From NCBI GenBank assembly GCA_013239625.1, contig MU053431.1, positions 248,001 through 312,000 of the forward strand: DNA of 64,000 bases, read 5' to 3'. The stretch comes from Lama guanicoe (lineage: Eukaryota). Of this stretch, positions 47,901 to 60,625 are shown in pieces. The notes beneath the pieces were generated by a model that was not told the DNA's origin, did no database searches, and worked only from the letters and a program-made list of their open reading frames with translations. The translations under genes and the position numbers were made by a program. Position 1 is the first letter of the stretch. The number at the start of each line of letters is the position of its first letter.

Positions 47901-48635
47901 GATTCCTGGTCTCGCTGGGAAATGGGGCCTCAGGGCCCACACACAGGGGCAGCCGGGCAGGGACTGGCCTTGGAGCAAATCTGAGGCCTCCTGAGCAAGT
48001 TCAGGGCAGGCAAGAAGGCTCTCTGTTCTGTTTTTATTTCTTTTCTTTTTTTGGGGGGGCAGGGTGGGTACAGAAGATTTCATCCGTTGAAATGAAAGAC
48101 ATCCATTACTGTGTAAGTGCGTCAGCTGCTGATTCAGCTCAGCAAGTGGACAGGGGCTTGCTCTCCAGGTGGGCCGTTGATGGGCACGTGGTCCCTACTC
48201 TGCTCACGGTCGACTCCTTCCGGCTCGTCTGCAAACCAGGGCCGCCTCCTCGTTTCTGCCTTTGCTTTTACCACAGGAGTTCACAGGAGGGTGAATGAGA
48301 CTAGAAGGAAGCCTCTGGAGTGGAGAAGATGATCTGTGATGAACTAGAAATGACACGTTCTACAAGCTGCAGCCTTTCCTCCTGTGCCTTCTCCAGTGAT
48401 GTCGTCTTCTGTCTTACATTCCTCCCAGACTCCAGGGGATTGTATGGGGTTGACACCCAGCGATGCTTATAACAACTCTCACAGCCCTCATGTGGCCCCA
48501 TGTGTGGAGCATTTGACTCCAGGCACCAACTGGCCCAGCCGTGTCTGTCTGCACAGGAACACTCACTCCGCTGCATACCTCTCGCCAGATGAGATCTTCT
48601 CGACCCTGGTTGCTAATTAGAAGCAAATGAGGAGA

Positions 48636-48706
48636 CCTTCCTTCCTTCCGTCTTTCTCTTCCTTTCTTGCTCTCTTTTCTCTCTCTTTCTCTTTCTTTTT
48701 TCTTTT
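48636..48706. repeat. Polypyrimidine (CT-rich) low-complexity tract
   Basis: Directly visible. Confidence 0.85.
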
Positions 48707-48799
48707 AATGAGGCTATTCTGATTCTGATTTAGTAGTTGGGTACATGTTGTGCTAAGAGCTACCTGTGTGACTGTGCTGCGCAGTTACAGCTGGGAATT

Positions 48800-49030
48800 G
48801 CACGTCTTTCCTCATTTCTCACCATTGTCCCCCTTGCCTTCTCTGCTCTGGGCAGCCCAGCCTCTCCAGATTCTCACATACCTCATGGCCACTTCTGTCT
48901 CAGTGCCTTTGCACATGCTGTCCCCACAGCACCAATAATTTTCCCCTCAGTGTACACTTGACCAAATTCAAATGACCCTTCAAGTCTCATCACAAATGAC
49001 CCATGCTTCTGGATGCTCTCAGGATGTCAC
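48800..49030 (+). mobile_element. L2 remnant
   Basis: ctgtctcagtgcctttgcacatgctgtcccc...cccttcaagtctcatcacaaatg. Confidence 0.7.
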
Positions 49031-49479
49031 TTCCTTTTTCACGACCCTTTGTAGTTCTGAAAATTATTTGGATGATTAGTTGTGAATAGTTGGTTTCCTG
49101 CACAGATTCATCTTCATGAGTGTGTCTCCTCTTCTCTGCCGTATCTGCAGAGCCTGCGGAGGGCAGCCCAGGGTAAACACCAGCAGTGGAGCAGTGCTCA
49201 CCAAGGCCCTCCCCTCCTTCCCTCAGCCCGCACCTGCGCAGCAGGCAGGATGCTGTCAGGAAAGAGCTGTGCAGCCCTTCCAGGACCATCACCGCCACTC
49301 CCAGCTAGTCTTCAGGCCAGAGAGAGCGTGGACTTACAGGCTGACATCACTCAAGTGCTTGCGATGTCATGGGGCTTCTAGGTTCCTACTCACAGCTTGC
49401 CTCTGCTGAAAGTAAGATAGTCAGGATTTTAGTCTCTCTTTCTCATTAACTGTATTTTATTGTCTATTCCCCTGCCCAT

Positions 49480-50790
49480 TTTTCTTTCTTTCAGTCACCT
49501 GTATAGAATTATTATTTACATACAATAAAACGCACCAAGTTTAAGCCACAGTTTAATGGGTTTTGCAGGTGAAGACAGCTGAGTACCCATCGTCATGACC
49601 CTGATATAGAACATTTCTATATAACCTTGAAAAGTTCTCCTGTGCCCCTTTGTAATTGATTCCTCCCTCACCCCCTTGGTCCTGGCAACCACGGATCTCC
49701 TGTTGTCATTACAGTTTTGACTGTTTCAAGAACTTCATATAAATAGAATCCAGCAGTATGCGATCTTTTATGACTAGCTACTTTCCCTTAATATAATGTT
49801 TTTTAGATTCATCCATGATGCTGTGATCTCAGTAGTTCAGCTTCTTTTTATGACTAAGTACATTCACGTGCATGGGTGTACCGCAGTTTGTTAATCCATT
49901 CACTGGCTGATGGACATTTAGGCTAGTTCCTAGTACCTAGCTACTATAAGAACAGTTTCTATGAACATCTGCAAACAGGACTTTGTGTGCAAATATATAG
50001 CTTCATTTCTCTTGAATAAATAACTACAAGTAGAATAGCTGGGTCATATGGTGGGTGGCTGTTTATAAGAAACAGTCAGAATGTTTCCCAAAGTAGTTGC
50101 ACCGTTTTCCTTCCCAGCAGCAGCACATGGTAGGTCCAGTTTCTCCACATCCTTGCCAGCATGTGTCATCTTAGCCATTCTGGTGGGTGTGCAGTGAGAG
50201 CTCACTGTGTTTTTCATCTGCATTTCCCTGATGATTAATGATGTTGCACTTTTTTCCACATGCTCATTTGCCATCCACATATTGTCTTTGTTGAACTAAA
50301 TGGTTAAGTCTTGCTCATTTAAAACATTAAGCTGCCCTCAAATTATTAAATTTTAAGTTTTCTTTACTAGAGGCCTTATTTCCAGAATATATAAAGAATA
50401 TATACATGTGTAAAAAATGAAGATATATGTATTTTCATTTTCTTTTGATATTCTACTTACATTTTGACTTTCTTCACAATGGCTTTTGAAGAGCGAAAGC
50501 TTTAAATTTTGTTGAGGTTCAAATGGTCAAACATTTCCTTTAAAATGTATGCTTTTTGGAATCCAACTGAAGACGTCTTTGCATAAGCTAAGATAAATCA
50601 TTGCACAAGTAAGAAATCTTTGCATGAGCTCAGTTTTCTTTTTCATCTAAAAGGTTTACAGTTTTAGCTTGTCTACTCCAGCTTATAGTCTGTTTTGAGT
50701 TAATTTTTATATATACAGTGAGGTCAAGTTTGAGGTTCTTTTTTTTTAATACATGGATATCTACTTCTTCCAGCATTGTTTGTTGAAAAA
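49480..50790 (-). mobile_element. L1MB-like 3' UTR plus decayed ORF2 C-terminus
   Basis: tttacatacaataaaacgcacc...cctggcaaccac...tagattcatccatg. The ORF at 50044-50280 (MANEHVEKSATSLIIREMQMK...TPTRMA) is a remnant of the L1 ORF2 C-terminus. Confidence 0.92.
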
Positions 50791-52808
50791 ATTCCTTTAA
50801 TTTTACCTTCCATTTTCCTTCTTTTCTTGTCTTCTTTTACATTAATTGAATATTTTTTTATAATTTGATTTTATCTTTTTAATTAGCTTATGCACCACAC
50901 CTTTTTAAACAATGGTTCTTCTAGAGTTTAGAGTATATATTTGTTATCAACTTACCAATGTCTCTGTTTAAATCCTCTGCCATTTCACAAGCACTATGAT
51001 GACTTACTGTGGTTCACCCCACACCCACCTTCCCAGCCTTTGTGCTGTTGGTGGCACCTGTTTTATTTTACACATGTTTTAAATCCTAGATCACATTGTT
51101 ATTACTTTTAATTAAACAGTTATCTTTTAAATGGACTAAATGACAGTAAGAAGCCGATGGTATTTACTCATACATCCACTGCCTGAGTGCTCGCCACCCC
51201 TTTGTGGAGAACAAGATTTTCATCTAGTCTTATTTTACTTCTGCCTGAGGATTTCGTTAGCGTTTCTTGTGATGCTGGTGTCTCTCTCTGTATTGCATTC
51301 TTCTAGATTTTGTTTGAAAAAGTCTCTTTCACCTTCATTTAAAAATATTTTTAATGATACAGAATTCCTGGGATAAAAGGGTCCCCCTCCACCCTTTTGA
51401 ATATTTTTACAATGACACCCATCTGCCCACCGGATCACATTAGTTTCTCCCGGGCAGTCTGCTGTCATTCTTAGTTTTGTTCTTCTGTATCTGTGTTTTC
51501 TTCCCCCTTGTCTCTGGTTTATGATACGTCTTGGTGTGGTTTTATGTTTCTTCTGCTTGAGGGTTGTTTAGCTTCTGTGATCTCTGACGTTATACTTTTT
51601 ATCAAATTTGGAAACATTTTGGCCACTAGTTCTTCAAGTTACAAGTATATAAAGTTGTATGTATATCTCCATTCCTGCTTCTGTGGACTCCACGTATACA
51701 TACGTTAGACTGCTTCATTTTTCTGTAACTCCCTAGTGGTACATTTATTGTTCCACCTTTTTTTCTACTAATTTTTTATCTCTTTGATTTAATTTTGGGT
51801 AGTATCTGTCACTACAAAATCAAGTTCACCAGTCTTTTCTTCTACACAGTGTAACCTCCTGTAAGTCTGAATTATTTTTGTTTTTTAATGCTAGAAGTCT
51901 GAATTGTTTTTTAAAACAATTTTAATTTCTCTCCTCATCATACTCATGCTTTCCTCTGTGTTACTGAGCATAACAGTGACATTTACAGTAGCTCTTTATC
52001 ATCTTTATTTATTAACCCTATCCTTTCTGCCCTTTCAAAATCTGTTTCTGTTGATTACTTTCTCTCCTGTTTTTCTTTTCCTTTTCTTTTTTTCTTTAAT
52101 TGATGGGGCATATTTTTCTGCTTCTTTACATGCCTGATAATTTTTGATTTGATGCCAGACTTTGTGAGTTTTGCTTTTTTTTGGTGGTAGATTATTTTTG
52201 TATTTCTTTACATATCATGGGGCTTTGCTCTGGCAAATTTTATCCTTGTGAGGCTTGTTCTTGGTGTTGTCAGAGTGAGTCCAGAACCGCTGGAAGTCAA
52301 GGGATGATTTCTGCCACTGCTCGAGCAGTATTTTCTAAGCGCGTAAGCCAGCGTCTCATGTGCTGGGAGAGGTGGGAACACAAAGCATCTGGGGCCGTGC
52401 ACGAGTTGCCGGCATCGTCCTGCCGGCATCGTCCTGCTGGCTGCTTCCTGGGGCTTCCTCTCTCTGTCTCCTGGGCTCTGTTCCCTCGCTTTCCGGAACT
52501 CTGCCTCACCAGCTGTGATCCCTTTGACACCTGCAGACTCTGAAATCAGTCTCCTCAGTTGGGTGAGACCACCAGCCCCTGCTGGGGCCCCTCCCTATGC
52601 TGTGGGCTGGAACACTTTGCCAGGCAGGGAGGCGGGGCACGTGCAAAGATGCCCTTGTTTGCTGCCCTTCTTGGGAGCCACTCCCCCATTCTTCTGGTGT
52701 CTGGTGTCTGCTAAACACTGGCTCATAGGCCTGATCTTGTTTTCTGGTTCTGAAGAAGGGAAGTTAAATCTAGTCCCTGTTATTCTATCGTGACCATAAG
52801 GGAAACCC
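50791..52808 (-). mobile_element. Old L1 (L1MC/MD-like) ORF1 and 5' region
   Basis: ccttcatttaaaaatattttt, atcaaatttggaaacattttggcca, catgcctgataatttttgatttgatgccagac. The end aaatctagtccctgttattctatcgtgacc resembles an L1MC/MD 5' terminus. Confidence 0.78.
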
Positions 52809-53179
52809 TCCGTCCCTTTCTGGTTGTTGAAACTAGGAGACGTTTTCTTGTCTCTGTTGGCGGCCATCGACTTTTGCCTTGATTTTCCAGAAATACACTG
52901 TCGTTCTGGGTAATAGCAAAAGGTGCTAGTGTTCACTGAGAAAGCGGTAATCGGATAAGTAGTTATACCTTTTAGATACAATACTGTTTTTTTTCTTGTA
53001 TTTGTCCTTTTTTAAACTTTTAATCCAAGAAGGATATTATGTCTTCCAAAGTCAGTTGTCTTTCCATGAGTATGTTGACTGAGCATGAATATTTGCACTG
53101 AAATGCAAGTTTAATTGAATAACAGATACACACAGATACACTCACGCATGCGCATGTATGCACATACACAGCATGCCTA

Positions 53180-54120
53180 TGCTTCTAGGTTAACAGGCAG
53201 CACTTACAAAACAATTTACTGAAATGTGTAAAGTAAATTGGATATGTACAGTTTAAATTATCCCTAAAATACACAATAATATATTACAATATTAAAATAG
53301 AATTGCTCAAGGAAAAAAGTGCTTTTAAATTTCTAAATAAGAAAGGAAATCTTTTTGAAAAAGCATTCTGAGACTCTGAAAGACAATGATTTGTAAGGAT
53401 TACATAAACTCTCTTTCACTTCAGTGATAATTTTCTCCCCTGAGACTAGAATTATGGACACAGGTTAAGAATTTCCTTGGCAAAGTTTTACAATTAACTA
53501 TGCCTTTACTCATTCATCTGCTATGTCTGGCTTCAGATTCCTAACGTTATTTTTTTTCCTACAATTCACCTGGTCATAAATTAAGAAAATAAGTTGATCC
53601 ACAGTACTAAAGTAAATGCATTAGTATTCATTTTTTATTAGACACACCATCATCTTTAAAGGCTAACGCACTAGCAAAAGAAGTGAACTAGAATGTTGAC
53701 TGTTAAGCTGAGAGAGCCTGATAATCTCGAACTTTTCCATTTCTTTCAGTTATCCAGAAATAAACCATGGAGGGAAAATGTATCTTTAATTTGGAAACAT
53801 AATTCCCAGGGCAAAAGCAATTCCGCAGAAAAGTGAGGAAAGTGACTTAAAATTTGTTTTCTGTAAATAGTCCAAATTGAGCCAGTTGTGTGAGAGTTTC
53901 TCCATCTGAAGCAGGTAGCCTTTATCTGATATTTAAAATCCACAGGATAAATGGAGCTGGGGCTGCCAGCTTACTTTCTGTCCTGGAGGCACCTGTCCAC
54001 ATCCCAGTCCTTCCCGGTTCTGACCCACACTCTATGTTGAAAGTAGTGATTAATGAATTTTCAAATAGATGCATGCTCCCATTTCTTAGAGAATTTATCT
54101 CAAAAGTGTGACTCTGCATT
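53180..54120. promoter_or_regulatory. Candidate conserved non-coding block
   Basis: About 1 kb, AT-rich, no recognisable repeat. GTCATAAA at 53573-53580 and PBX-HOX-type TGATTAAT at 54047-54054. Confidence 0.35.
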
Positions 54121-55004
54121 GAGGGATGCAAACATTTGTCATCAGAATAACCAAGACCAGTCCTAGCTGGAAGTGCTCTCACCAGCTGAGTAATTTCTGA
54201 GCTTGTAACCGACCCAGATAGGCTCTGAGCCTGTGTGGCCAGAGGAACTGAGGCTGCCTCCTGACCCCCCCCCCCCCGCCCCACTTCATTTCTAGTAGGG
54301 CCGTGGGCGGGCCTGCGAGCCTGAGCATTTAAAGGTATTCCAGGATAGCCCCACGAGCGTTTGGAGATCACCGCTTTAGGGGACCACTCTCACATGGACA
54401 GGAACCTCATCGAGATTCCACCTGCATCCAGGGAGGTGGAAATGGGTAAATCAGAGAGTGTCCCTGCCGCTCTGTCGGGAAAACCTCAACTCTTGGCTCA
54501 GGGGTTTTCTGGATGAGAAGGTATTCCTCACTGGACCAAAGACTACATTGACTGGGAAAAGCAATTATTTTAGCTCTGGTCTGCGATGCTAGGCTTAAAG
54601 ATGCTGTGATTCCCTGAAGGTGAACTCATTCTCCTTGGCCAGCCCAGTGCCGGGGCAAGGCCACATCTCTGCAGCCATCAGCCCCTGTTTATCGTGGGAT
54701 AAGCAGAGCGAAAGAGAGAACTGGTTACGAGGGGCCTGCAAGAGGCCCACGGATGCGTCTGTTTACTAGAAACATCCTCACAGCGCGGGGTGGAGGGGGG
54801 TCACGTGATTGCCGTGGCAGCAGCACGTTGTCTCTCCCAAACATTACTTTGTAGCAGTGGAATATTTTCAACATCTGATAGTTCAGTCGGCTTCTTTAGG
54901 GAGACACACCATGCAGAACAGATTAAGAAATGTGTTCATGCGCTGCAGGCATCACGAGAACTCTTCTGTCAGGATCTGGTCCACATTCAGAAAGAGGAGT
55001 CAGA

Positions 55005-55575
55005 ATTTGCAGAGTAATTGGTGGGGACAAGATACACTGTTAATAAGGTAAATGGGAGTTATCAGACTATCAGTTTCCTCCTCTGCTTAGAACTCAGCTC
55101 AAGGACACAAGTGAGCTCTCCAAAAGGAGCTTTAATAACTTTTTCTGGCTTGTATTAGTCTGCAGGCAAAGCATTGTAGCTTTAATCATCATCTCCGGCA
55201 GTAATAAGTTCCTCCGTGTTTGTACCTCTCTAACAGCGCGTGGCTATAATCACTGCAGCGCGGAATTTAATAAGTCACAGAAAGTGGAGTAAATATGACA
55301 TGTTTTCTGAAAAATATTAATCCCCTTCTCTTTGTGTTTCTGTAATTCGAGTGTTTCTGTCAGGCGTAGTCTTCTCCAGAGAGGCCTGTGAGCACCTCCT
55401 TACCACCTGAGACATCTCTGTTCTACTTTATTCCCTCTTTCAATGAAGAGTTCTTCCCTGGCCTCACATGGCCCAGAGTCCTCCAAGAGATTATCAGACT
55501 AATTGCACAGTGCCTGGCATCTCTGCCTATTGGGTTAAATAAAATGCATTATTCAAATTAACTTGGCCTTTTTCT
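55005..55575. promoter_or_regulatory. Candidate conserved non-coding block
   Basis: Dense TAAT cores, CATTGT at 55172-55177, GTAAATA at 55289-55295, TAATCC at 55318-55323. CpGs are retained in an AT-rich context. Confidence 0.4.
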
Positions 55576-55989
55576 TAGTCACATCCAGGAGCTAAAGCCC
55601 TTCTCCCCACGTCATCCGGCCCCGTCATGCCTTCCCCTGCACGCCGTCCGCTCTGAATCAGTCCTCCGGAGACTATTTGCACCTCCTCCTGCCTCGCCGG
55701 CCTCTCCTGCTGTCTCCATTCCTGGCTTTTTCTCCTCTGTCCGACCTGCAGTCCCTGCACGCGGGGGAAGAGGGGAAGTGCATCGAGGCCCAAGGTGTTT
55801 GGGGGTCTGGCTGTCACACTGCGAAGTGGAGGCTGGGGAGACGACGGGCATCCGGCGGGGGAGTGTGTGTCGCTTTGTCCCACCACAGGTGAACATCCAG
55901 CCCAGCTGTCAGGGTGCCGAGGTGGGAAACGCTGCTCTAACGCTGAGCCTTCCCGGGGCTAACTCCTGTGTTGCCCCTGTCTGCCTGTC

Positions 55990-57255
55990 CTTCTACGATC
56001 TGCCCTGGGTCTTGGCTTCACGCAGCACTCACACTTGGCTGACTTCGAAATCTGTCTCCAGTTTCCAAATCTGTCTCCTTGGCTCTCCCAGATCACTAGA
56101 TTTACATATTCAACTCTGTGCTGTAATATCTCCCTTTGTGTGTCCAAGGGGTTTACACAGGCCAAAACAGGCCCGTAACCTTGACCTCACAGTGTGCTTC
56201 GCGCTGGCCTTTACCATCGTCATCAGTGGCACCAGCATTCACTCAGTTTCTCAAGCCCTGGGCTGTCCAGGGTGACGGCCGCCATTTCTCGTGGCCGCCG
56301 GGCACTTGAAATCCAGCTCGTTTGAACTGAGACTCACTGTAAGTGTAAAATGCTCCCTGAATTTCAAAGACACAGTGCCAAACAAATATGTAAAATATCT
56401 CATCAATAATTTTTATATTGATTGCATGTTGGGATTAATAATCCTTTGGATGTGATGGGCTAAATAAAGCACATTATTACAGTTTTTCACTATCAGCACG
56501 TTGAAATTACGTATGCGGCTCACATGCTATTTCTGTTGAACAGCCCCACTCCCACCAGTGCTCGTAGCCCATCAGCTGTCCACACCGGGTCCATCCCCCA
56601 AACTCTTCTTGACTCTGCTCTGCTCTGCTGCATCTTCAGCACCGTGACTGGGGCTCAGGCTACCTAACAGTGTTGACACAGCTTTATAAAGCATCCTCGG
56701 CTCCCTTCCGCGTTGTCCACATGCCAGCCAGAACGATCTTTTAACAGCTCGTGTCACATCACGCCACTCTCCTGCTTAAGCCCTTCCAGTGGCGTCACGC
56801 ACCAGGCAGGGGCCAGTCCATCGCCGGCTGCTTCTCCACCTCACCGCGAGTAGTCTGCCCAGTGCCCACGGGGCTCTAAGCCCCCTGACCTTCCCTTTGC
56901 TCCCAGGACGCACCAAGACTGCTTACTCACTGGGGCCTTCGTACCCGCTGCCCTCTCTTCCCAGAATGTGACATTCTGGGATTGCTGAATGCTGGCTCCT
57001 TTGTGTTTACAGACACCAGTTTTAATGACCTATTAAACAGTCTCAAAATAAAGGCAAGTCCTAGTGTATTTAGCAGGTGCTCGCAGTTACACCAGCCTGT
57101 CTTCCCGGTGGTCCTCGCCAGCCGTCATCTTACCTGTTTGTTTCACGCACTTAACTTGCGGCCTGCAGCCCTCTGTGGGAAGGCGGGCTTCTTTTCCACC
57201 GCTGTGTCCTCAACAGTAGCTGGCACCTACTAGGCACGGAAAATACCAGCTCATA
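55990..57255 (+). mobile_element. L2 3' region split by MER33
   Basis: aaatctgtctccag...catattcaact...cagtggcaccagcattcactcagtttctcaagcc | ...cactctcctgcttaagcccttccagtggc...cagtagctggcacctactaggcac. Confidence 0.82.
56258..56544 (-). mobile_element. MER33 (hAT-Charlie)
   Basis: gcacttgaaat...ctgtaagtgtaaaat...atgtaaaatatctcatcaataatttttatattgattgcatgttg...tatttctgttgaacagc is the reverse complement of recalled MER33. Confidence 0.9.
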
Positions 57256-58094
57256 AAGCCACTTCCTTATCAGATTGTACCTGAATCCTGGGGACCTCAG
57301 TAAATCAAGAATTTCCATAGACAGAAGTGGGTCTTAAATGTTTTATACCATGAAATGCTTCATCGCCGTGCTTCTGTCTTCCCTGGTCCTCTCCTCCCCA
57401 GCTCTTACTTGCTGTCTCTCCCACCCTGACTGGTGGCCCCCGTGCTGGCCCCAGTGGAAGGCAGCACGTTCGCCCCTTGCCTCCTGGGATCCTGATGGTT
57501 GGAGCCAATGGGGGTGGGGGCGCGAGCAGATCAACTGTGGGAAGGGGACTGGAGAGCCAGTCCTCTGTTCCCTTTAGTCCAGGCCACGGCAGTGTCTGTC
57601 TTTCTGTGTGAAAGACCAAAGCTCCCCTGGACATCTCTCTCCTCCGTCCACACTTCCGTCTGGCTTCCAGGACAGCTCCCTCCCTTTGCCAACTTCAGAG
57701 TTTGGGGTGGACGGGCTTCCCCGCTGGTGCGTCCCCATCCTGTGGGCCTTCCCCTCACCTGCCCGCATCTTTGTGAGGATGCTCCCAGCTCTCCTCAGTC
57801 ACGCCCTTTGAGTGAATCTGTCTCAGCTGGTCTGGACTGAGGCATCTCCTTGGGTTATTCCTTTTTCTTCAGGAGACCCTTGAAGACGGGTGTTCCCCGA
57901 TGTCTCGTCCTCTGTCCTTCACCCCCCACAGAGTCTGACGAATTGTTTGTGACTCTTTCTCTCCCAGAGTTACAGTTGTCACAGTTAAGCTTCCAGCTTT
58001 CAACTGTTTACCCTCATTTCAAAATTCCCTTCTGCCTTTCAGTCTCTCCTGAATGATTGCCAGTTAGAGGGACTCACTCCTTTAATGCATCTTA

Positions 58095-58285
58095 AAGGGT
58101 GGAATTTATAGGAAGACAGACATTTTTCTCAAAGTAAGGAAGAGATTTCTAATAGAGATCTCCAAAATCAAGTGGTCTGTCTCGGGAGAGAATAGGTTCC
58201 CTATTAAAGAACTTATTCCGGATCAAATGCAAGAGATGAGATGACCCCAGAGATTCCTTCTAGATCACAGCCGCAAAACTCGGAG
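58095..58285 (+). mobile_element. L3/CR1 LINE 3' remnant
   Basis: gggtggaatttataggaagacagac...aaggaagagatttctaa...agatgaccccagagattccttctag resembles the CR1/L3 3' end. Confidence 0.6.
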
Positions 58286-58350
58286 ATAATTCACTGGGGC
58301 ATCTCTGGCGGAACAGATACCACTGCCAGAATTGGCTGGGATGGAGAAAA

Positions 58351-58352
<2 letters not shown>

Positions 58353-58393
<41 letters not shown>
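58353..58393. repeat. (TG)20 microsatellite
   Basis: Directly visible perfect repeat. Confidence 0.97.
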
Positions 58394-58395
<2 letters not shown>

Positions 58396-59519
58396 TTGCG
58401 GGTGTGTGTTTAGATGTATCTGGAAGAGCGCGTGTGTGTAAATAGAGGGAGCTATTAATGTATCCATACCTGGTGTCTTTCTAACACCTGCCATCCAACT
58501 AAACACGAGCCCCCCGCAGAGCGGACACGCGGCCCGGCCCGCCTCTAGGGCGCGCACAGGCATCACCACAGGCGGCCGCCAGGGCTTTCCCTGGACACGG
58601 GACCGTCTTTTCTTCTGTTTTATGTGAAAGTTAAAAGCTGAAGAATGCCATTTGCAGGCCTTCGGCAGCTTCTAGCTTGGCTCTAGAAACTCACTGCGGA
58701 AGACAGAGAACTTCGACACAAGACCAGCCCAAAGACATCCAGCACCCCTCTCTTAATTTCTGAATCGATTCTTCAACTCAGTCCCTGCTCCGTTTGCAGG
58801 ACGACAGAAGAAACTTCCAGACGTAGATTTCAACTCACAGAAGTAGCTGAGAGATGCCAGCTGTGAACAAAAAGTGAGCAAGCCCTACACTCCATGCACA
58901 TCATTTATCATAAAGCCACGTCCGTCCTTTTTTCTAAAACCACTAATCTGCTCTGACCAAATAAACAAATAAATAAATAAATAACATCAAGCAGAGCACA
59001 TTTCAAATTACTGGCTATTGAGAAATCCCTCAGTGGCTGGAATGCCCCTGGCAAGGTAAACTCCTTACGGTCCCGGGGACCAGTCTAGCATTCTCCCCGC
59101 TTGTCAGGCAGGAAGTGCCAAGCCAGGGACGTCCTCCCGAGCGAGGGCAGCGGGACCCTCTGCTAGTCTGAAAGCCAACGTGGTGACGCAGACAGGAAGC
59201 GGACCGAGGACACAGTCGCACCCTTGGCCGGAGGGACGAGGCCTTTGCGCCCACCCCGGATTCCCAGCTGCAGACTGGACGGCAGTGCCAGCGGTGACCC
59301 TTGGATGGAGGGACAGAGGAGCTGCAGAAGGGGCAGAGCTACACTGCTGCCCGGCTCTGCTGCGGGGGGTTCAGGGGGGCCTCCCTCCGTCCCCTGAGCC
59401 TCCGTGAGCAGGAGGTGCACCTCGGACCGGCTGGGGCTTTGGAGCAGGGACGCCGGTGGAGCCTCTCCAAGGAGAGAGGAAGGAGGGCTCCTGGGTTTAT
59501 TTCAGGCTTCCCCGCGGGC

Positions 59520-59885
59520 CTGGCCATGCCCGTAGTTCAGCTATTGTCCATCACCTTCAGAATCCAGTCCCACGTCTTCAGTGTGGCCAGCGTGGCCCTG
59601 AGTGTTGCAAACCCACCCTGCCGACCTCTCCGAGCCCTGTCTCACCACGGTTCTCCAGAGTCCATCTCTGCTGGCTATCCATCCACGACCCTTGGACCAG
59701 GCCAGGTGTCCACCTCGAGCTTCCTGAGACCCTGGGTTTCTCCTGTCCTTTATTCTGTCCAGTTGCCTCTTAACGGCTTGCGCACCTTTCTGTGTCACCC
59801 ACTATGAGCTGATCTTCCCGAGGGCTGGGCCTGCGCCCCTCGCTCTCCAGTCTCAGCACCTGCTCAGAGCTCGGTGGGTGAAAAC
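59520..59885 (+). mobile_element. L2 remnant
   Basis: ccatcaccttcagaatccagtcccacgtcttcagtgtggcc..., ending ...ctccagtctcagcacctg. Confidence 0.55.
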
Positions 59886-60439
59886 CATGACCCTCTTCAG
59901 GCCAGGAGTGTGCATGCATGGGGGTTTTGTTTTGACAGAAACAACTGAAGTCAATCCTTTTATTTTGTCTATGTAGAGGAAGAGTTATGAGGAGCACGGT
60001 AGAGAAATCCCGAGTCACCTTCGATGGTCCTGAAGTCATTGTGAACAACCATGAGCAGGGATATGGACGGTCGAGGTGCTGCTGGTGAGGGCTCACGGGG
60101 GAGTGGGGAGGAGAGCATTGCTGGGGAGGGATGAGGAGGGTGCAGCAGGGGACAGGCGAGGGATCTGAAGTCAGAAGGGTCCCAGGTGCCCCGAGCAGCC
60201 TGGAGCTGCGGGGACGGGGTCCTGGCACCGATCGCTTGCACCTGGGAACGGCGTCCCTCCAGTCCCCAGGGAAAGCCCAGCCCCCGCCTCGACTTCCATC
60301 TCTGAGACTCGCGCAGAAACCAGCCGAGCCGCGCTGCGCCTGGACCACGGTGGGGACTGGGAGGTAGGGCAGGGACGCTGTGTGAAGCTGTTAGGCTTGT
60401 GGCGCTGTTTTCATCTTCCTCTTATGCTACACTGAACAG

Positions 60440-60625
60440 GGTGAGCTCTGGAGTCTCCGGGAGGGATCAGTTCCTGGGTGTGCCACCCTTTGCCCGTTAC
60501 TCACCTCCGGGGCCTCTGTCCTCGTCTGTGAAAGGGGTCGTTCAGTGCCGCATGGAGTTGTGGATTAACGAGACGTCACGTCCAGCACAGGGTCAGGCAC
60601 AGACGGAGTCCTCACCAATGTTACC
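60440..60625 (+). mobile_element. MIR remnant, GC-shifted
   Basis: gttactcacctccggggcctctgtcctcgtctgtgaaagggg...gttgtggattaacgag...ggcacagacggagtcctcaccaatgtt. Confidence 0.7.

Noticed and set aside
50044..50280. 78-aa ORF with real protein similarity
   Set aside because: It is a decayed L1 ORF2 C-terminal remnant, not a host gene.
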